From NCBI GenBank assembly GCA_038231135.1, contig JBBRLX010000005.1, positions 1 through 64,000 of the forward strand: DNA of 64,000 nt, in the 5' to 3' direction. This DNA comes from Candidatus Eiseniibacteriota bacterium (GTDB lineage Bacteria; Eisenbacteria; RBG-16-71-46). The first letter of the stretch is position 1; each line of letters starts with the position of its first letter. The notes beneath the pieces were generated by a model. It did no database searches. It worked only from the letters and a program-made list of their open reading frames with translations, and was not told the origin of the DNA. The position numbers were made by a program, and so were the translations under genes. Shown here in pieces: positions 54,686 through 63,880 of the stretch.

Positions 54686-56083
54686 GTGAGCGACCCCATG
54701 ACCTGGTATGCGCTGTCTCATCTCGCCGACGGTGATATCGCTCGTGAATTGCCGGCCAAATTCGCCCGGGTCTCTCGAAACGATGCCGAGGCGCTCGCGT
54801 GGCTGGCCGAATTCGATGCGCGCCGGTTGTACCTGCCGGCGGCGCATCCCTCGATGCACTCCTATTGCGTGCACGAGATGCACATGGAGCCGGACCCGGC
54901 ATTCAAGCTCATCCGCGTGGCGCGGACGGCCTGGAAGTTCCCGGCCATCTTCCCGGAGCTCGCGGCACAGCACCTGAACCACAGCGCCGTGATCCTGCTG
55001 GCTCCAAGTCTCACGCCGAACAACGTCACCGAGTTGCTGGCGGCGGCCAAACACAAGACCAACGTCGAGATCGAACAGCTGCAGGCGCGGCAGTGCCCGC
55101 GACCCGGAGTGGGCAACCGGGAACTGGGCATTTCGGCGGATACCGATCAACAGGCCGTACGGCCTGTTAAGTTGACATCTGAGCAACAGGCCGCGGGGCA
55201 ACCGTCACTGGAATCGGGTAACGGCGTATTCGAGCAACAGGCCCCGCGGCCTGTTGAGACATCCGCACCGCGCCGCCAGCCCAACTCGCATGAATTGCGG
55301 CACGTGATCGGCGAGAGCAACTTCGACAAGCTGCAGTACGCCAAGTCCCTGGCGAGCCATCGTGCCACTGGGCGGGACGTCGAGGATCTCCTCGGGCAGG
55401 CGCTCGATCTGCTCATCCGAGAGTTCGAACGGCGCAAATTCGGAGCGACCAAGCGGCCGCGTAAGGAGCGTTCGAATTGTTCGAGCGCGAAGCCGCGGTA
55501 CGTTCCAAGACACGTGAAACGCGCCGTGTGGCAGCGGGATCACGGCCAATGCACGTTCACGAGCGAGACTGGCACGCGCTGCCCTTCGCGATCACTCCTG
55601 GAATTCGATCATATTGATCCGGTGGCGCGGGGCGGCGAAGCGACCGTGGCCGGCATGCGGCTACGATGCCGGGCGCACAATCAGTACACGGCGGAATGCG
55701 AGTTCGGCCTCGACTTCATGAAGCGCAAGCGCGAGTTAGCCCGGGAAACGGCGGCGCGAGCGCGTGCGCAGGCCGCCGAGGCAAGAGCCGCAGCCGAGGA
55801 GGAGAAGCGGAGGGCCTCGGCGGCCGCAAAGGAGGCGGCCATGAACCCGGAGCGGGATGTAACGCCCTGGCTCCGCAGGCTCGGGTTCCGCGCCGACGAG
55901 GTGAAGCGTGCGGCGGTGCACTGCGAGACCATCGCTGGCGCCTCGCTGGAGGAACGCGTACGCGTCGGGCTGGCCTTCCTTACGTCGAATCCGGCGAGCC
56001 GACCGCGATCTTCCCCATACCTCAGTACGCGAACCCCGCCTCGCCCATGCGTTTCAACGCCTCCTTCAGCCGGTCGTCGGTGA
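54686..56083 (+). CDS. DUF222-like / HNH endonuclease protein with RuvA-C-like tail
   Basis: RYVPRHVKRAVWQRD.GQC...RC...LEFDHIDPVARGG.....MRLRCRAHN; overlaps the convergent gene by 62 nt. Confidence 0.8.
   Translation: MSDPMTWYALSHLADGDIARELPAKFARVSRNDAEALAWLAEFDARRLYLPAAHPSMHSYCVHEMHMEPDPAFKLIRVARTAWKFPAIFPELAAQHLNHSAVILLAPSLTPNNVTELLAAAKHKTNVEIEQLQARQCPRPGVGNRELGISADTDQQAVRPVKLTSEQQAAGQPSLESGNGVFEQQAPRPVETSAPRRQPNSHELRHVIGESNFDKLQYAKSLASHRATGRDVEDLLGQALDLLIREFERRKFGATKRPRKERSNCSSAKPRYVPRHVKRAVWQRDHGQCTFTSETGTRCPSRSLLEFDHIDPVARGGEATVAGMRLRCRAHNQYTAECEFGLDFMKRKRELARETAARARAQAAEARAAAEEEKRRASAAAKEAAMNPERDVTPWLRRLGFRADEVKRAAVHCETIAGASLEERVRVGLAFLTSNPASRPRSSPYLSTRTPPRPCVSTPPSAGRR
55148..55256. 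repeat. Three in-frame palindromic repeats CAACAGGCC-N4-GGCCTGTT(G)
   Basis: Units start at 55148, 55184 (right arm degenerate) and 55235. Confidence 0.85.
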
Positions 56084-57233
56084 CGCACAGCGCGATCCGC
56101 ACGTAGCCTTCGCCCGAGCGGCCGAAGCCCGAGCCGGGTGCGACCACTACGCCGGTCTTGTCGAGCAGGTCGCGGGTGAAGTCCATCGAGCTGGTGTACG
56201 AGCGCGGGATCGGCATCCACAGGTAGAGCGTGGCCTGCGGGGTGTGGATCGGGTAGCCGAGCGGCTTCACGCCGGCGAGGAACACGTCGCGGCGCGCGCG
56301 GTAGAGATCGGACGCCTCGCGGCAGTAGTCCTGGGGGCCGGTCAGCACGGCGAGCGCGGCGCGCTGGATCGCCATGAACACGCCGAAGTCCATGTTCGAC
56401 TTGATGCGCAGCAGGTTCGCCATCGCGTCGCGGTTGCCGGCGACGAAGCCGATGCGCCAGCCCTGCATGGAGTAGCTCTTCGAGAACGAATGGAACTCGA
56501 GCGTGCGCTCCTTGTCGCGGTCGAACTCGAGGAACGACCGGGTGCGATAGGCTGGATCGAGCAACAGATCGCAGTAGGCGATGTCCGACAGCACGAACAC
56601 GTCGTACTTGCGCGCCCAGGCCAGCAACTCGGTGTAGAACTCGGGGGTCTCGACGCCGCCCGTCGGATTGTTCGGGAAGTTGATGCAGATCACCTTGGCT
56701 CGCCGCGCCTCGTCGGGCGGGATCGCCGACAGGTCGGGGCGGAAGTCGTTCGCGGCCGTAAGCGGCACCTCGATCATGCGGAGCTGGGCGAGTGCGGCGA
56801 CGCCGAGGTAGGCCGGATAGCACGGCGCGCACATGAGCACGGTGTCGCCGGGGTTCGTGTGGGCGAGGAAGAATTTCGCGATGCCTTCCTTCGAGCCCAC
56901 GAGCGGCATGGCCTCGCCGGCGGGATCGATGTCGACGGCGAACCGCGAGCGATACCACTGCGCCACGCCGGCCCGGAATTCGGGCAGGCCGTTGAAGCTG
57001 GGGTACCGATGGTTCTGCACGGCGGAATCGTCGAGCGCCGCCTTCAGCGCCTCCACGGCGAGCTGGGGGGGACGAATGTCAGGGTTCCCCACACCCAGGT
57101 CGATAACGTCGACGCCCTGCCTGATCTTATCGTCGCGATCCTGAAACACCCGAGCCAGGGAGTAGGGGGGTACGTTCAGCAACCGGTCGGAGGGCGTAAG
57201 TGTGGGTTTGACAGTCGACTGGCTCGACGACAT
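56022..57233 (-). CDS. Class I/II PLP aminotransferase, LL-diaminopimelate aminotransferase-like
   Basis: VIDLGVGNPD, HRYP, GSKEGI, NFPNNPTG, DIAY, EFHSFSKSYSM.GWRIGF, PGSGFG..GEGYVRIAL. Confidence 0.88.
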   Translation of the reverse strand: MSSSQSTVKPTLTPSDRLLNVPPYSLARVFQDRDDKIRQGVDVIDLGVGNPDIRPPQLAVEALKAALDDSAVQNHRYPSFNGLPEFRAGVAQWYRSRFAVDIDPAGEAMPLVGSKEGIAKFFLAHTNPGDTVLMCAPCYPAYLGVAALAQLRMIEVPLTAANDFRPDLSAIPPDEARRAKVICINFPNNPTGGVETPEFYTELLAWARKYDVFVLSDIAYCDLLLDPAYRTRSFLEFDRDKERTLEFHSFSKSYSMQGWRIGFVAGNRDAMANLLRIKSNMDFGVFMAIQRAALAVLTGPQDYCREASDLYRARRDVFLAGVKPLGYPIHTPQATLYLWMPIPRSYTSSMDFTRDLLDKTGVVVAPGSGFGRSGEGYVRIALCVTDDRLKEALKRMGEAGFAY

Positions 57234-57294
57234 GATGCGGTCTCCGCGGCCGTGGAATAGCGGCATCTCGCTTGCAGTACGTAGGTTCATCAGG

Positions 57295-58215
57295 ATGATG
57301 AACGTGACGCCTCATTCTAAGAGCCGGACCCCGTTCCGGCCAAGGCCCTCGCGCCTGCTCCCCTCCCCTGGCCTTGTGAAGTGGTTGGCGCTCGCCGCGG
57401 TGATCGCGACGACGGGGCTACCCGTTGCCTTGAATTCGAGTCCGGCGTCGGGGGCGGACACCGTGTCGACCGACACCACGGACTATGAAGGGCTGCCGCT
57501 GCTGCCGCACCCGAAGTCCGACGGGGTGAAAGAGCTGCTCGGCGCCCCGGCGCGGCCGATCCGCCCCGGCGAGTCGCTCAAGTTCACGGTCCAGTATGGC
57601 GTGATCCATGCCGGTTACGCGTACCTGGAAGTGCCGGAAATCAAGGACTGGGGTGGCCACACCGTGTATTCGCTGGTGGCGCGGGCGGAGTCCAACTCGT
57701 TCTTCAGCCACATCTACAAGGTGCGGAACCGGATCGAATCGTACTGGGACAAGGACGGGCACTTCAGCCGGCGGTACGCGGAGAACCGCCACGAGGGCAA
57801 GTATCACTCGAAACAGGAGATCACGTTCGACTACGTCGCCCGGGAGGCGAAGTATGACGACGGCGCCATGCTGGCCGTGCCGGCCGAGGTCCAGGACGCG
57901 CTGTCCTCATTCTACTATACCCGCACGCAGCCGTTGCCGATCGGCGGTTCGATCGTGTTCGATTATCATGCGAGCAAGAAGACCCAGCCGCTCGAGGTCC
58001 GCATCCTGGGGCGCGAGCGGGTCAAGGTCCCGGCCGGCACGTTCGATTGCATCGCGATCGAGCCAATGCTCAAGGCGGGCGGCATCTTCAAGAACAAGGG
58101 GCGACTCGTGATCTGGATCACCGACGACGACCGGCGCATGCCGGTGCTGATGAAGAGCAAGGTCCTGATCGGGTCGATCAGCGTGGTGCTGACGGAAATG
58201 AAGCCGGGGGTGTGA
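57295..58215 (+). CDS. DUF3108-like exported beta-rich protein; start uncertain
   Basis: GESLKF.V.YG.I.AG, YKVRN...S, QDALSSFYY.R, E.VKVPAGTFDC, WITDD.RRMPV. Confidence 0.7.
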   Translation: MMNVTPHSKSRTPFRPRPSRLLPSPGLVKWLALAAVIATTGLPVALNSSPASGADTVSTDTTDYEGLPLLPHPKSDGVKELLGAPARPIRPGESLKFTVQYGVIHAGYAYLEVPEIKDWGGHTVYSLVARAESNSFFSHIYKVRNRIESYWDKDGHFSRRYAENRHEGKYHSKQEITFDYVAREAKYDDGAMLAVPAEVQDALSSFYYTRTQPLPIGGSIVFDYHASKKTQPLEVRILGRERVKVPAGTFDCIAIEPMLKAGGIFKNKGRLVIWITDDDRRMPVLMKSKVLIGSISVVLTEMKPGV

Positions 58216-59195
58216 TGGGCCGCCACCGCGAGGCCGACCTTTCGCGGCTCGCGGTCGGCGCCGTCGCCGACCGCCCCACCAAGGTGAGCGTCGCCGAGTT
58301 CGCGCGGCCGCTCGTGCCCGCGGCCGCGCGCGCCGTCATCGACGCACTGCCGCGGCAGCTCGCCGCCGAATCGCTGCGGGCGGTGATCCAGCGCACCGTC
58401 GCCGCGCGCACCGCCGGCCGGCCGGTGGTGGTGATGTGCGGCGGCCATGTGATCAAGGTCGGCGTCACGCCGTGCCTGATCGAGCTGATCGACCGCGGAC
58501 TCGTCACGCATCTGGCGCTCAATGGCGCCGCGGCGCTGCACGACGTGGAGATCGCGCGCAGCGGCCGCACGTCCGAGGACGTCGAATCGCACCTGCACCA
58601 GGGCACGTTCGGCATGGTCGACGAGACCGGTGACTTCATGAATTCGGTCATGCTCGAGGGCGCGCGCCGCGGCGAAGGTTTGGGCGAGTGCTGGGGACGG
58701 GCCCTCGTGGAATCGCAGGCGCCGCACGCCGGCGTGAGCCTGCTCGCCGCCGCGTGGCGCCACGGCCTGCCGGCCACGGTGCACGTCGCGATCGGCACCG
58801 ACACGATCCATCACCACCCGGCGTGCGACGGCCGCGCGCTCGGCGACACCACGCTGCGCGACTTCCGCATCTTCGCTGCCACGCTCGCCGAAGCGCGCGG
58901 CGCCGTGGTGCTCAACTTCGGCTCGGCGGTGCTGCTGCCCGAGGTGTTCCTGAAGGCGCTGTCGGTGGCGCGCAACCTCGGCGCCGATCTGTCCGGACTC
59001 ACCACCGCGAACTTCGACCAGATCCAGCACTACCGCCCGCGCGTGAACGTGGTGGAACGGCCCACTGCATCGCCCGGCTCGCAGGGCTACTCCATCACCG
59101 GCCACCACGAGATCGTGATTCCGCTGTTCGCGGGCGGCCTGCTGTCGTATGCGGGGGACGCGCCGTTCGCGACCGCCGCGCAGCCGCAGGCATGA
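58215..59195 (+). CDS. Conserved hypothetical protein, deoxyhypusine-synthase-like fold (tentative)
   Basis: GGHVIKVG, NGAAALHD, FGM..ETG, HVAIGTD, GSAVLLPEVFLKA, GHHEI; TGATG coupling. Confidence 0.55.
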   Translation: MGRHREADLSRLAVGAVADRPTKVSVAEFARPLVPAAARAVIDALPRQLAAESLRAVIQRTVAARTAGRPVVVMCGGHVIKVGVTPCLIELIDRGLVTHLALNGAAALHDVEIARSGRTSEDVESHLHQGTFGMVDETGDFMNSVMLEGARRGEGLGECWGRALVESQAPHAGVSLLAAAWRHGLPATVHVAIGTDTIHHHPACDGRALGDTTLRDFRIFAATLAEARGAVVLNFGSAVLLPEVFLKALSVARNLGADLSGLTTANFDQIQHYRPRVNVVERPTASPGSQGYSITGHHEIVIPLFAGGLLSYAGDAPFATAAQPQA

Positions 59196-59914
59196 ACCGA
59201 CCGCCGCCGCCGGACCCCGCGCGTGCGCTCGTGGTGATTCCGGCGCTGAACGAAGAAGACAGCCTGCCCGCGATCCTGGCCGAGATGCGCGCGGTGGCGC
59301 CGGACTACGCCGTGCTCGTGCTCGACGACGGTTCGCGGGACCGCACGTCGCAGGTGGCGCGCGATCACGGGGTGCGCGTGGTGCGGCATCCGTTCAACCT
59401 CGGCGTGGGCGCCGCGATGCAGACCGGGTTCCGCTGGGCGCTCGCCCACGGTTACGACATCGCGGTCCAGCTCGACGCCGACGGCCAGCACGATCCCCGG
59501 TACCTCGATGCGCTGGTCGAGCCGGTGCGCCGCGGCGCGTGCGACGTGGCGATCGGCTCCCGCTATCTCGAGTCCGGCCATTACCGCACGCCGCGGTTTC
59601 GCCGCATGGGCATGCTGCTGTTCGCCGGGATCGTGCGGCTCGCGTTGCGTCGCCGCATCACCGACACCACGTCCGGCTTCCGCGCCTACGGCCGCGAGGC
59701 GATGGAGGTGTGCCAGTACGAGTTTCCGAAGGACTTCCCGGATGCCCCGCTGCTGATCGCGCTCGCGCGGCGCGGGTTCCGGCTGGAGGAGGTGCCGGTG
59801 CGGATGCGCGAGCGCCAGGCGGGCACGTCGTTCTACACTCTGGGTAAATCGCTCTACTACCCGTACAAGAACCTGCTGGCATCGCTGATGGCCTGGATTC
59901 AGCGCACGCGCTGA
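59192..59914 (+). CDS. GT2 glycosyltransferase (DPM1/ArnC-like)
   Basis: VIPALNEE, LDDGSRD, NLGVGAAMQTG, DADGQHDP, GSR, DTTSGFRA, RERQAG.S. Confidence 0.92.
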   Translation: MNRPPPPDPARALVVIPALNEEDSLPAILAEMRAVAPDYAVLVLDDGSRDRTSQVARDHGVRVVRHPFNLGVGAAMQTGFRWALAHGYDIAVQLDADGQHDPRYLDALVEPVRRGACDVAIGSRYLESGHYRTPRFRRMGMLLFAGIVRLALRRRITDTTSGFRAYGREAMEVCQYEFPKDFPDAPLLIALARRGFRLEEVPVRMRERQAGTSFYTLGKSLYYPYKNLLASLMAWIQRTR

Positions 59915-59933
59915 TCGCGCCGAAGGAGGTCGA

Positions 59934-60299
59934 ATGGTGTTCCTATCCCGTACCCAGATCATCGTCGCGTTCGGCGCGGCCGGGCTCGCGGTCTACGTGC
60001 TCGACCTGGTGCGGCGGCGGCGGCTGTCCGAGGAGTATTCGTTCCTGTGGGTGATCGCCACGGTGTCGATCGCCGTGCTCGGGTTCTGCACGCCGCTGCT
60101 CCAGTGGCTGACGAGGCTGATCGGCGCGATGTTCGAGAGCTCGACGGTGTTCGCTCTCGGGCTCGCGTTCGCCACCGCGATGCTGCTGTACCTGTCGGTC
60201 AAGATGTCGCGGCTCAGCCAGGAGAACCAGGTGCTGGCCCGCGAGCTCGCGCTGCTGCGCTCGGAGCTGGAACAGCGCCGCGGCGCGGGAGCCGCATGA
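59934..60299 (+). CDS. DUF2304 family small membrane protein
   Basis: LVRRRRLSEEYSFLW, three TM segments, LARELALL; follows a DPM1-like GT2. Confidence 0.8.
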   Translation: MVFLSRTQIIVAFGAAGLAVYVLDLVRRRRLSEEYSFLWVIATVSIAVLGFCTPLLQWLTRLIGAMFESSTVFALGLAFATAMLLYLSVKMSRLSQENQVLARELALLRSELEQRRGAGAA

Positions 60300-61297
60300 G
60301 CCGCGGCCTCAAGCTGGCCCTCGGCATCGCCGTGTCGGCAGTGTGCGTGTGGCTGTCGATGAAGGACGTGCGGCCGGGCGAGGTGCTGGGCGCGCTGCGC
60401 ACCGCGCGGCCCGTCGGATTCCTGCTGGTCGTCGTGGCCACGCTGCTGGGGTTCTGGCTGCGCGCGTTCCGCTGGCGGTGGCTGATGCCGCCCGGCCGTA
60501 GGGTGCCGCTCGGCAGCCTGTACCGCTCGACGATGATCGGCTTCATGGCGAACAACCTGCTGCCGTTCCGGCTCGGCGAATTCGTGCGCGCGTGGGCGCT
60601 CGGCCGCCGCGAGGGCATGTCCAAGACCAGCGTGTTCGCCACCGTCGTGGTGGAGCGCGTGATCGACATGATCTCGCTGATCGCGATCTTCGGAGTGGCG
60701 CTCGTGGTGCACCCGCTGTCGACCACGACCGAGGCCGGCCGGCTCGCCCAGCTGGGCGCGCGCGTGCTGATCGTGTCGTGCTGCGTGCTCACCGCGACGC
60801 TCGTGATCCTCGAGCGGCAGCCGCGGCTGATGCACGCGCTCGTCGACCGCGTCACGGTCGCGTTCCCCGAGCGCGCCCGCGCGCGCGCCCGCCGCGCGCT
60901 CACGATGTTCCTCGAGGGGCTCGGCGTGTTCCGCGACCTGCCCCGGCTGCTGTGGGTATTTCTATTGTCGTTCGTCATGTTCGCCGTGGTCGTGCTCGGA
61001 CTGTCCGCCAGCCTGTGGGCGCTGCATCTCGACCTGCCGTGGTACGGCGGCCTCGTGATGCTGGTGATCACCTCGATCGGCATCATGGTGCCCGCGGCGC
61101 CCGGCTACATCGGCACGCTGAACGTGGCGTGCACCTACGGCCTCGCGCTGTTCTCGGTGTCCGCCCACCTCGGCGCCGCGTTCTCGTGGTTCTACTGGAC
61201 CAGCCAGTGGCTGCCGGTCACGCTCGTCGGCCTGTGGTGCCTGCGGCAGGAGGGACTGTCGCTCCGCTCGCTCGGCGAAGCGCAGGCCGCGACCTGA
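60296..61297 (+). CDS. Lysylphosphatidylglycerol-synthase TM / UPF0104 flippase-like membrane protein
   Basis: LRAFRWRWL, GFMANNLLPFRLGEFVRA, ERVID, PAAPGYIG. Confidence 0.85.
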   Translation: MSRGLKLALGIAVSAVCVWLSMKDVRPGEVLGALRTARPVGFLLVVVATLLGFWLRAFRWRWLMPPGRRVPLGSLYRSTMIGFMANNLLPFRLGEFVRAWALGRREGMSKTSVFATVVVERVIDMISLIAIFGVALVVHPLSTTTEAGRLAQLGARVLIVSCCVLTATLVILERQPRLMHALVDRVTVAFPERARARARRALTMFLEGLGVFRDLPRLLWVFLLSFVMFAVVVLGLSASLWALHLDLPWYGGLVMLVITSIGIMVPAAPGYIGTLNVACTYGLALFSVSAHLGAAFSWFYWTSQWLPVTLVGLWCLRQEGLSLRSLGEAQAAT

Positions 61298-61306
61298 CGC
61301 CCGCCC

Positions 61307-62797
61307 ATGGCTGATTCCGCGCCCGTGCCCGGCCCGCCGCGCGCGGGCGGCGCGTTCGTGCGCGACTCGGCGTCGATCGCGATCAGCCAGTACCTCGCGC
61401 GCGCCGTCGTGCTGGTGCGCGGCTGGGTGGCCGCGATCACGCTCGGCCCCGCGGGGTTCGGGGCCTGGACGCTGCTGAACCTGATCCTCGACTACGGCTC
61501 CTATGCGACGTTGGGCGCACTGCAGGGGCTCGACCTCCGGCTGCCGCCGGCGGTCGCGGCCGGCGATGCCCCGCGCGCACGCCGCCTGATGGCCGGAGCC
61601 TGGAGCATCGTGGTGGCGGGGGGCGTGGTGTTCGCGGCGGCGGTGTTCGCAGGTGTGCGCTGGGCGCCGCGGCCGGCCGCCGCTCCCGGCGGGGTGCTCG
61701 TGGCGCTGATGGTGGCCGCGGCGCTGCTGCAGCTCGCGTTCCAGTACTACGCGACGGCGTTGCGCGCGCACGGCCGGTTCCGCGCAGTCGGCACCGGCCA
61801 GGCACTCCAGGCCGTCCTGGGGGCGGGCCTCGGCATCGCGCTGGTGGGGAAGTTCGGCCTGCTCGGCCTCGTCACCGGCTGGATCGCGGGCACGCTCGCC
61901 GCCGTGGTGCACATGGCGCGGGCGTGCCCCGAGGCGCCGCTCGAGCCCGCCGGAGTGCGCGACGGCGCCGCGCTCGCTCGGCTGGGGCTGCCGATCTTCG
62001 CCTACTACGTCGCGTCGCTGGTGCTGCGCTCGGTGGACCGGCTGGCGCTGGCGCGCTACGGCAACGCGCATCAACTCGGCATCTACGGCGTGGCGCTGAT
62101 GGCGTCGGGGCTCGTGCTGTTCGCGCCCGAGGCGGCGGGCTACGTGCTGTTCCCGCGCGTCGCCGCCGCCTACCACGGCAGCGTCGATCGCGCCTTGGTC
62201 CGGGCGCACGTGCTGCGCGTGCAGCGCGCGCTCGCGGTGATGATGCCGCTCGTGGTCGGCATCGCGATCGTGTGGGCGGGCCCCGCGGTCGAGGCGCTGC
62301 TCGAGGGCTACCGGCCGGCGATCCTGCCGCTGCGGTTGCTCGCGGCCGGCGCGCTCGCGCTGTCGGCGGCCACGGTGCCCGCGTACTTCCTGCTCGGCAG
62401 CGGCCGGCAGCTCGTGCTGCTCGCGCTCGGCGGCGTGGCCGCGCTCGTGACCGCGGCGGGGGTGTTCGCGACCGCCTGGCGCGACCCCGCGCCCGCCCAC
62501 GTGGCGCTGGCGGCGAGCGCCGGGTACGCGCTGTTCGCGGTGCTGGTCCTGATGCGCGCCGCGGGCGAGCTCGATCCGGACGCCGGGCGGGTGCGGTTCA
62601 CGCTCGGCAGCCTGCTGCCGGGAGCGTGGGCCGTGCTGGTTGCGTTCGCGATCGTGCGCTGGCTGCCGGGCCACGGTGGCATGTGGGGCTTCGTCGCCAC
62701 CGACCTGTTCGGGCTCGGCTACCTGCCGGTCCTGATCGGCATGGCGCGGGGACTGGGGATGCGGTCGCTGGTGCGGGAGACGCTGGCGGCCCGGTAA
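61307..62797 (+). CDS. Wzx/MOP-like oligosaccharide flippase
   Basis: Many TM helices; LGPAGFG.W, LGLP, VDRL, LGIYG.A, VLFPR. Confidence 0.75.
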   Translation: MADSAPVPGPPRAGGAFVRDSASIAISQYLARAVVLVRGWVAAITLGPAGFGAWTLLNLILDYGSYATLGALQGLDLRLPPAVAAGDAPRARRLMAGAWSIVVAGGVVFAAAVFAGVRWAPRPAAAPGGVLVALMVAAALLQLAFQYYATALRAHGRFRAVGTGQALQAVLGAGLGIALVGKFGLLGLVTGWIAGTLAAVVHMARACPEAPLEPAGVRDGAALARLGLPIFAYYVASLVLRSVDRLALARYGNAHQLGIYGVALMASGLVLFAPEAAGYVLFPRVAAAYHGSVDRALVRAHVLRVQRALAVMMPLVVGIAIVWAGPAVEALLEGYRPAILPLRLLAAGALALSAATVPAYFLLGSGRQLVLLALGGVAALVTAAGVFATAWRDPAPAHVALAASAGYALFAVLVLMRAAGELDPDAGRVRFTLGSLLPGAWAVLVAFAIVRWLPGHGGMWGFVATDLFGLGYLPVLIGMARGLGMRSLVRETLAAR

Positions 62798-62881
62798 CGG
62801 CCAGACGTGCTAATCTGCGGGCGATTCCGCACCCTCTAGGCGAACCCGCCACACCCCCTCGAGTCTCGAGGCCGCATCGTC

Positions 62882-63880
62882 ATGACGACCTCCACCGCCA
62901 TTCCATTCGACATCGACGACGTGCGCGCCGCAGCGCGGCGTGCGGGCCCGGCGCTGCATCGCACGCCGGTGATGTCGTCGCGATCGCTCGGGGACATGGC
63001 CGGTGTGCGGCTGTGGCTCAAGTGCGAGAACTTTCAGAAGACCGGCTCGTTCAAGCCGCGCGGCGCGCTCAACATCGTGCGCTCGCTGCCGGCGGCCGAC
63101 CGCGAGCGCGGGCTGATCACCGTGTCGGCCGGCAACCACGCGCAGGCCGTGGCGTGGGCCGCCCGGCAGGCGGACGCCGCGTGCACGGTGGTGATGCCGA
63201 CCGGCGCGCCACGGTCGAAGCTCGACGCGGTGCGCGGGTATGGCGCCGAGATCATCCTGCACCACGACCGCGCCACGCTGTTCGACCGGCTCGACGCCGA
63301 GCGCGCCCGCAGCGGCGCCGCGTTCGTCCATCCGTTCGACGATCCCGTGGGCCTCGCCGGAGCCGGAACCCTGGCGCTCGAACTGCTCGAGGACGCACCC
63401 GGGCTGGACGCGATCGTCGTGCCCGTCGGCGGCGGCGGGCTGATGGCGGGGGTGGCGCGCGTCGTGAAGTCGCTCGCGCCGCGCTGTCGCGTGGTGGCGG
63501 TCGAGCTGGCGGACGGGCCGGGACTCGCGCCGGCGCTCGCCGCCGGGAAGCCGGTACCGGTGGCGCGGCCGGCGGGGACGCTCGCGGATGGCATGACGCC
63601 GCCGTTCGTGGGGGCGATCCCACTCGCCGTCGCCCGCGCCTGTGTCGACGACATCGTGACGGTCACCGAGGACGAGATCCGCCACGCCATGCGGCTGCTG
63701 CTCACGCGCGCCAAGCTCTACATCGAGGGCTCGGGTGCCGCCGCCACCGCTGCCGTGCTGTCCGGGCGCGCCGGCGTGCCGCCCGGCGCCCAGGTCGCGG
63801 CGATCGTGTCCGGCGGCAACGTCGACCCCGAGCGGCTGTTCGAGCTGTTCGCACCGGCGTCCGGAGGCGCCGCCTCGTGA
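62882..63880 (+). CDS. PLP-dependent threonine/serine dehydratase (short form)
   Basis: KCENFQKTGSFKPRGA, SAGNHAQA, HPFDD, PVGGGGL, SGGN. Confidence 0.92.
   Translation: MTTSTAIPFDIDDVRAAARRAGPALHRTPVMSSRSLGDMAGVRLWLKCENFQKTGSFKPRGALNIVRSLPAADRERGLITVSAGNHAQAVAWAARQADAACTVVMPTGAPRSKLDAVRGYGAEIILHHDRATLFDRLDAERARSGAAFVHPFDDPVGLAGAGTLALELLEDAPGLDAIVVPVGGGGLMAGVARVVKSLAPRCRVVAVELADGPGLAPALAAGKPVPVARPAGTLADGMTPPFVGAIPLAVARACVDDIVTVTEDEIRHAMRLLLTRAKLYIEGSGAAATAAVLSGRAGVPPGAQVAAIVSGGNVDPERLFELFAPASGGAAS

Noticed and set aside
55148..55256. Palindromic repeats as a canonical CRISPR array
   Set aside because: Only three units, irregular short spacers, intragenic and no cas genes; kept as a separate finding
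54686..56083. HNH protein as IscB/Cas9 or a group II intron protein
   Set aside because: No RuvC motifs, PLMP N-terminus or reverse transcriptase motifs are visible
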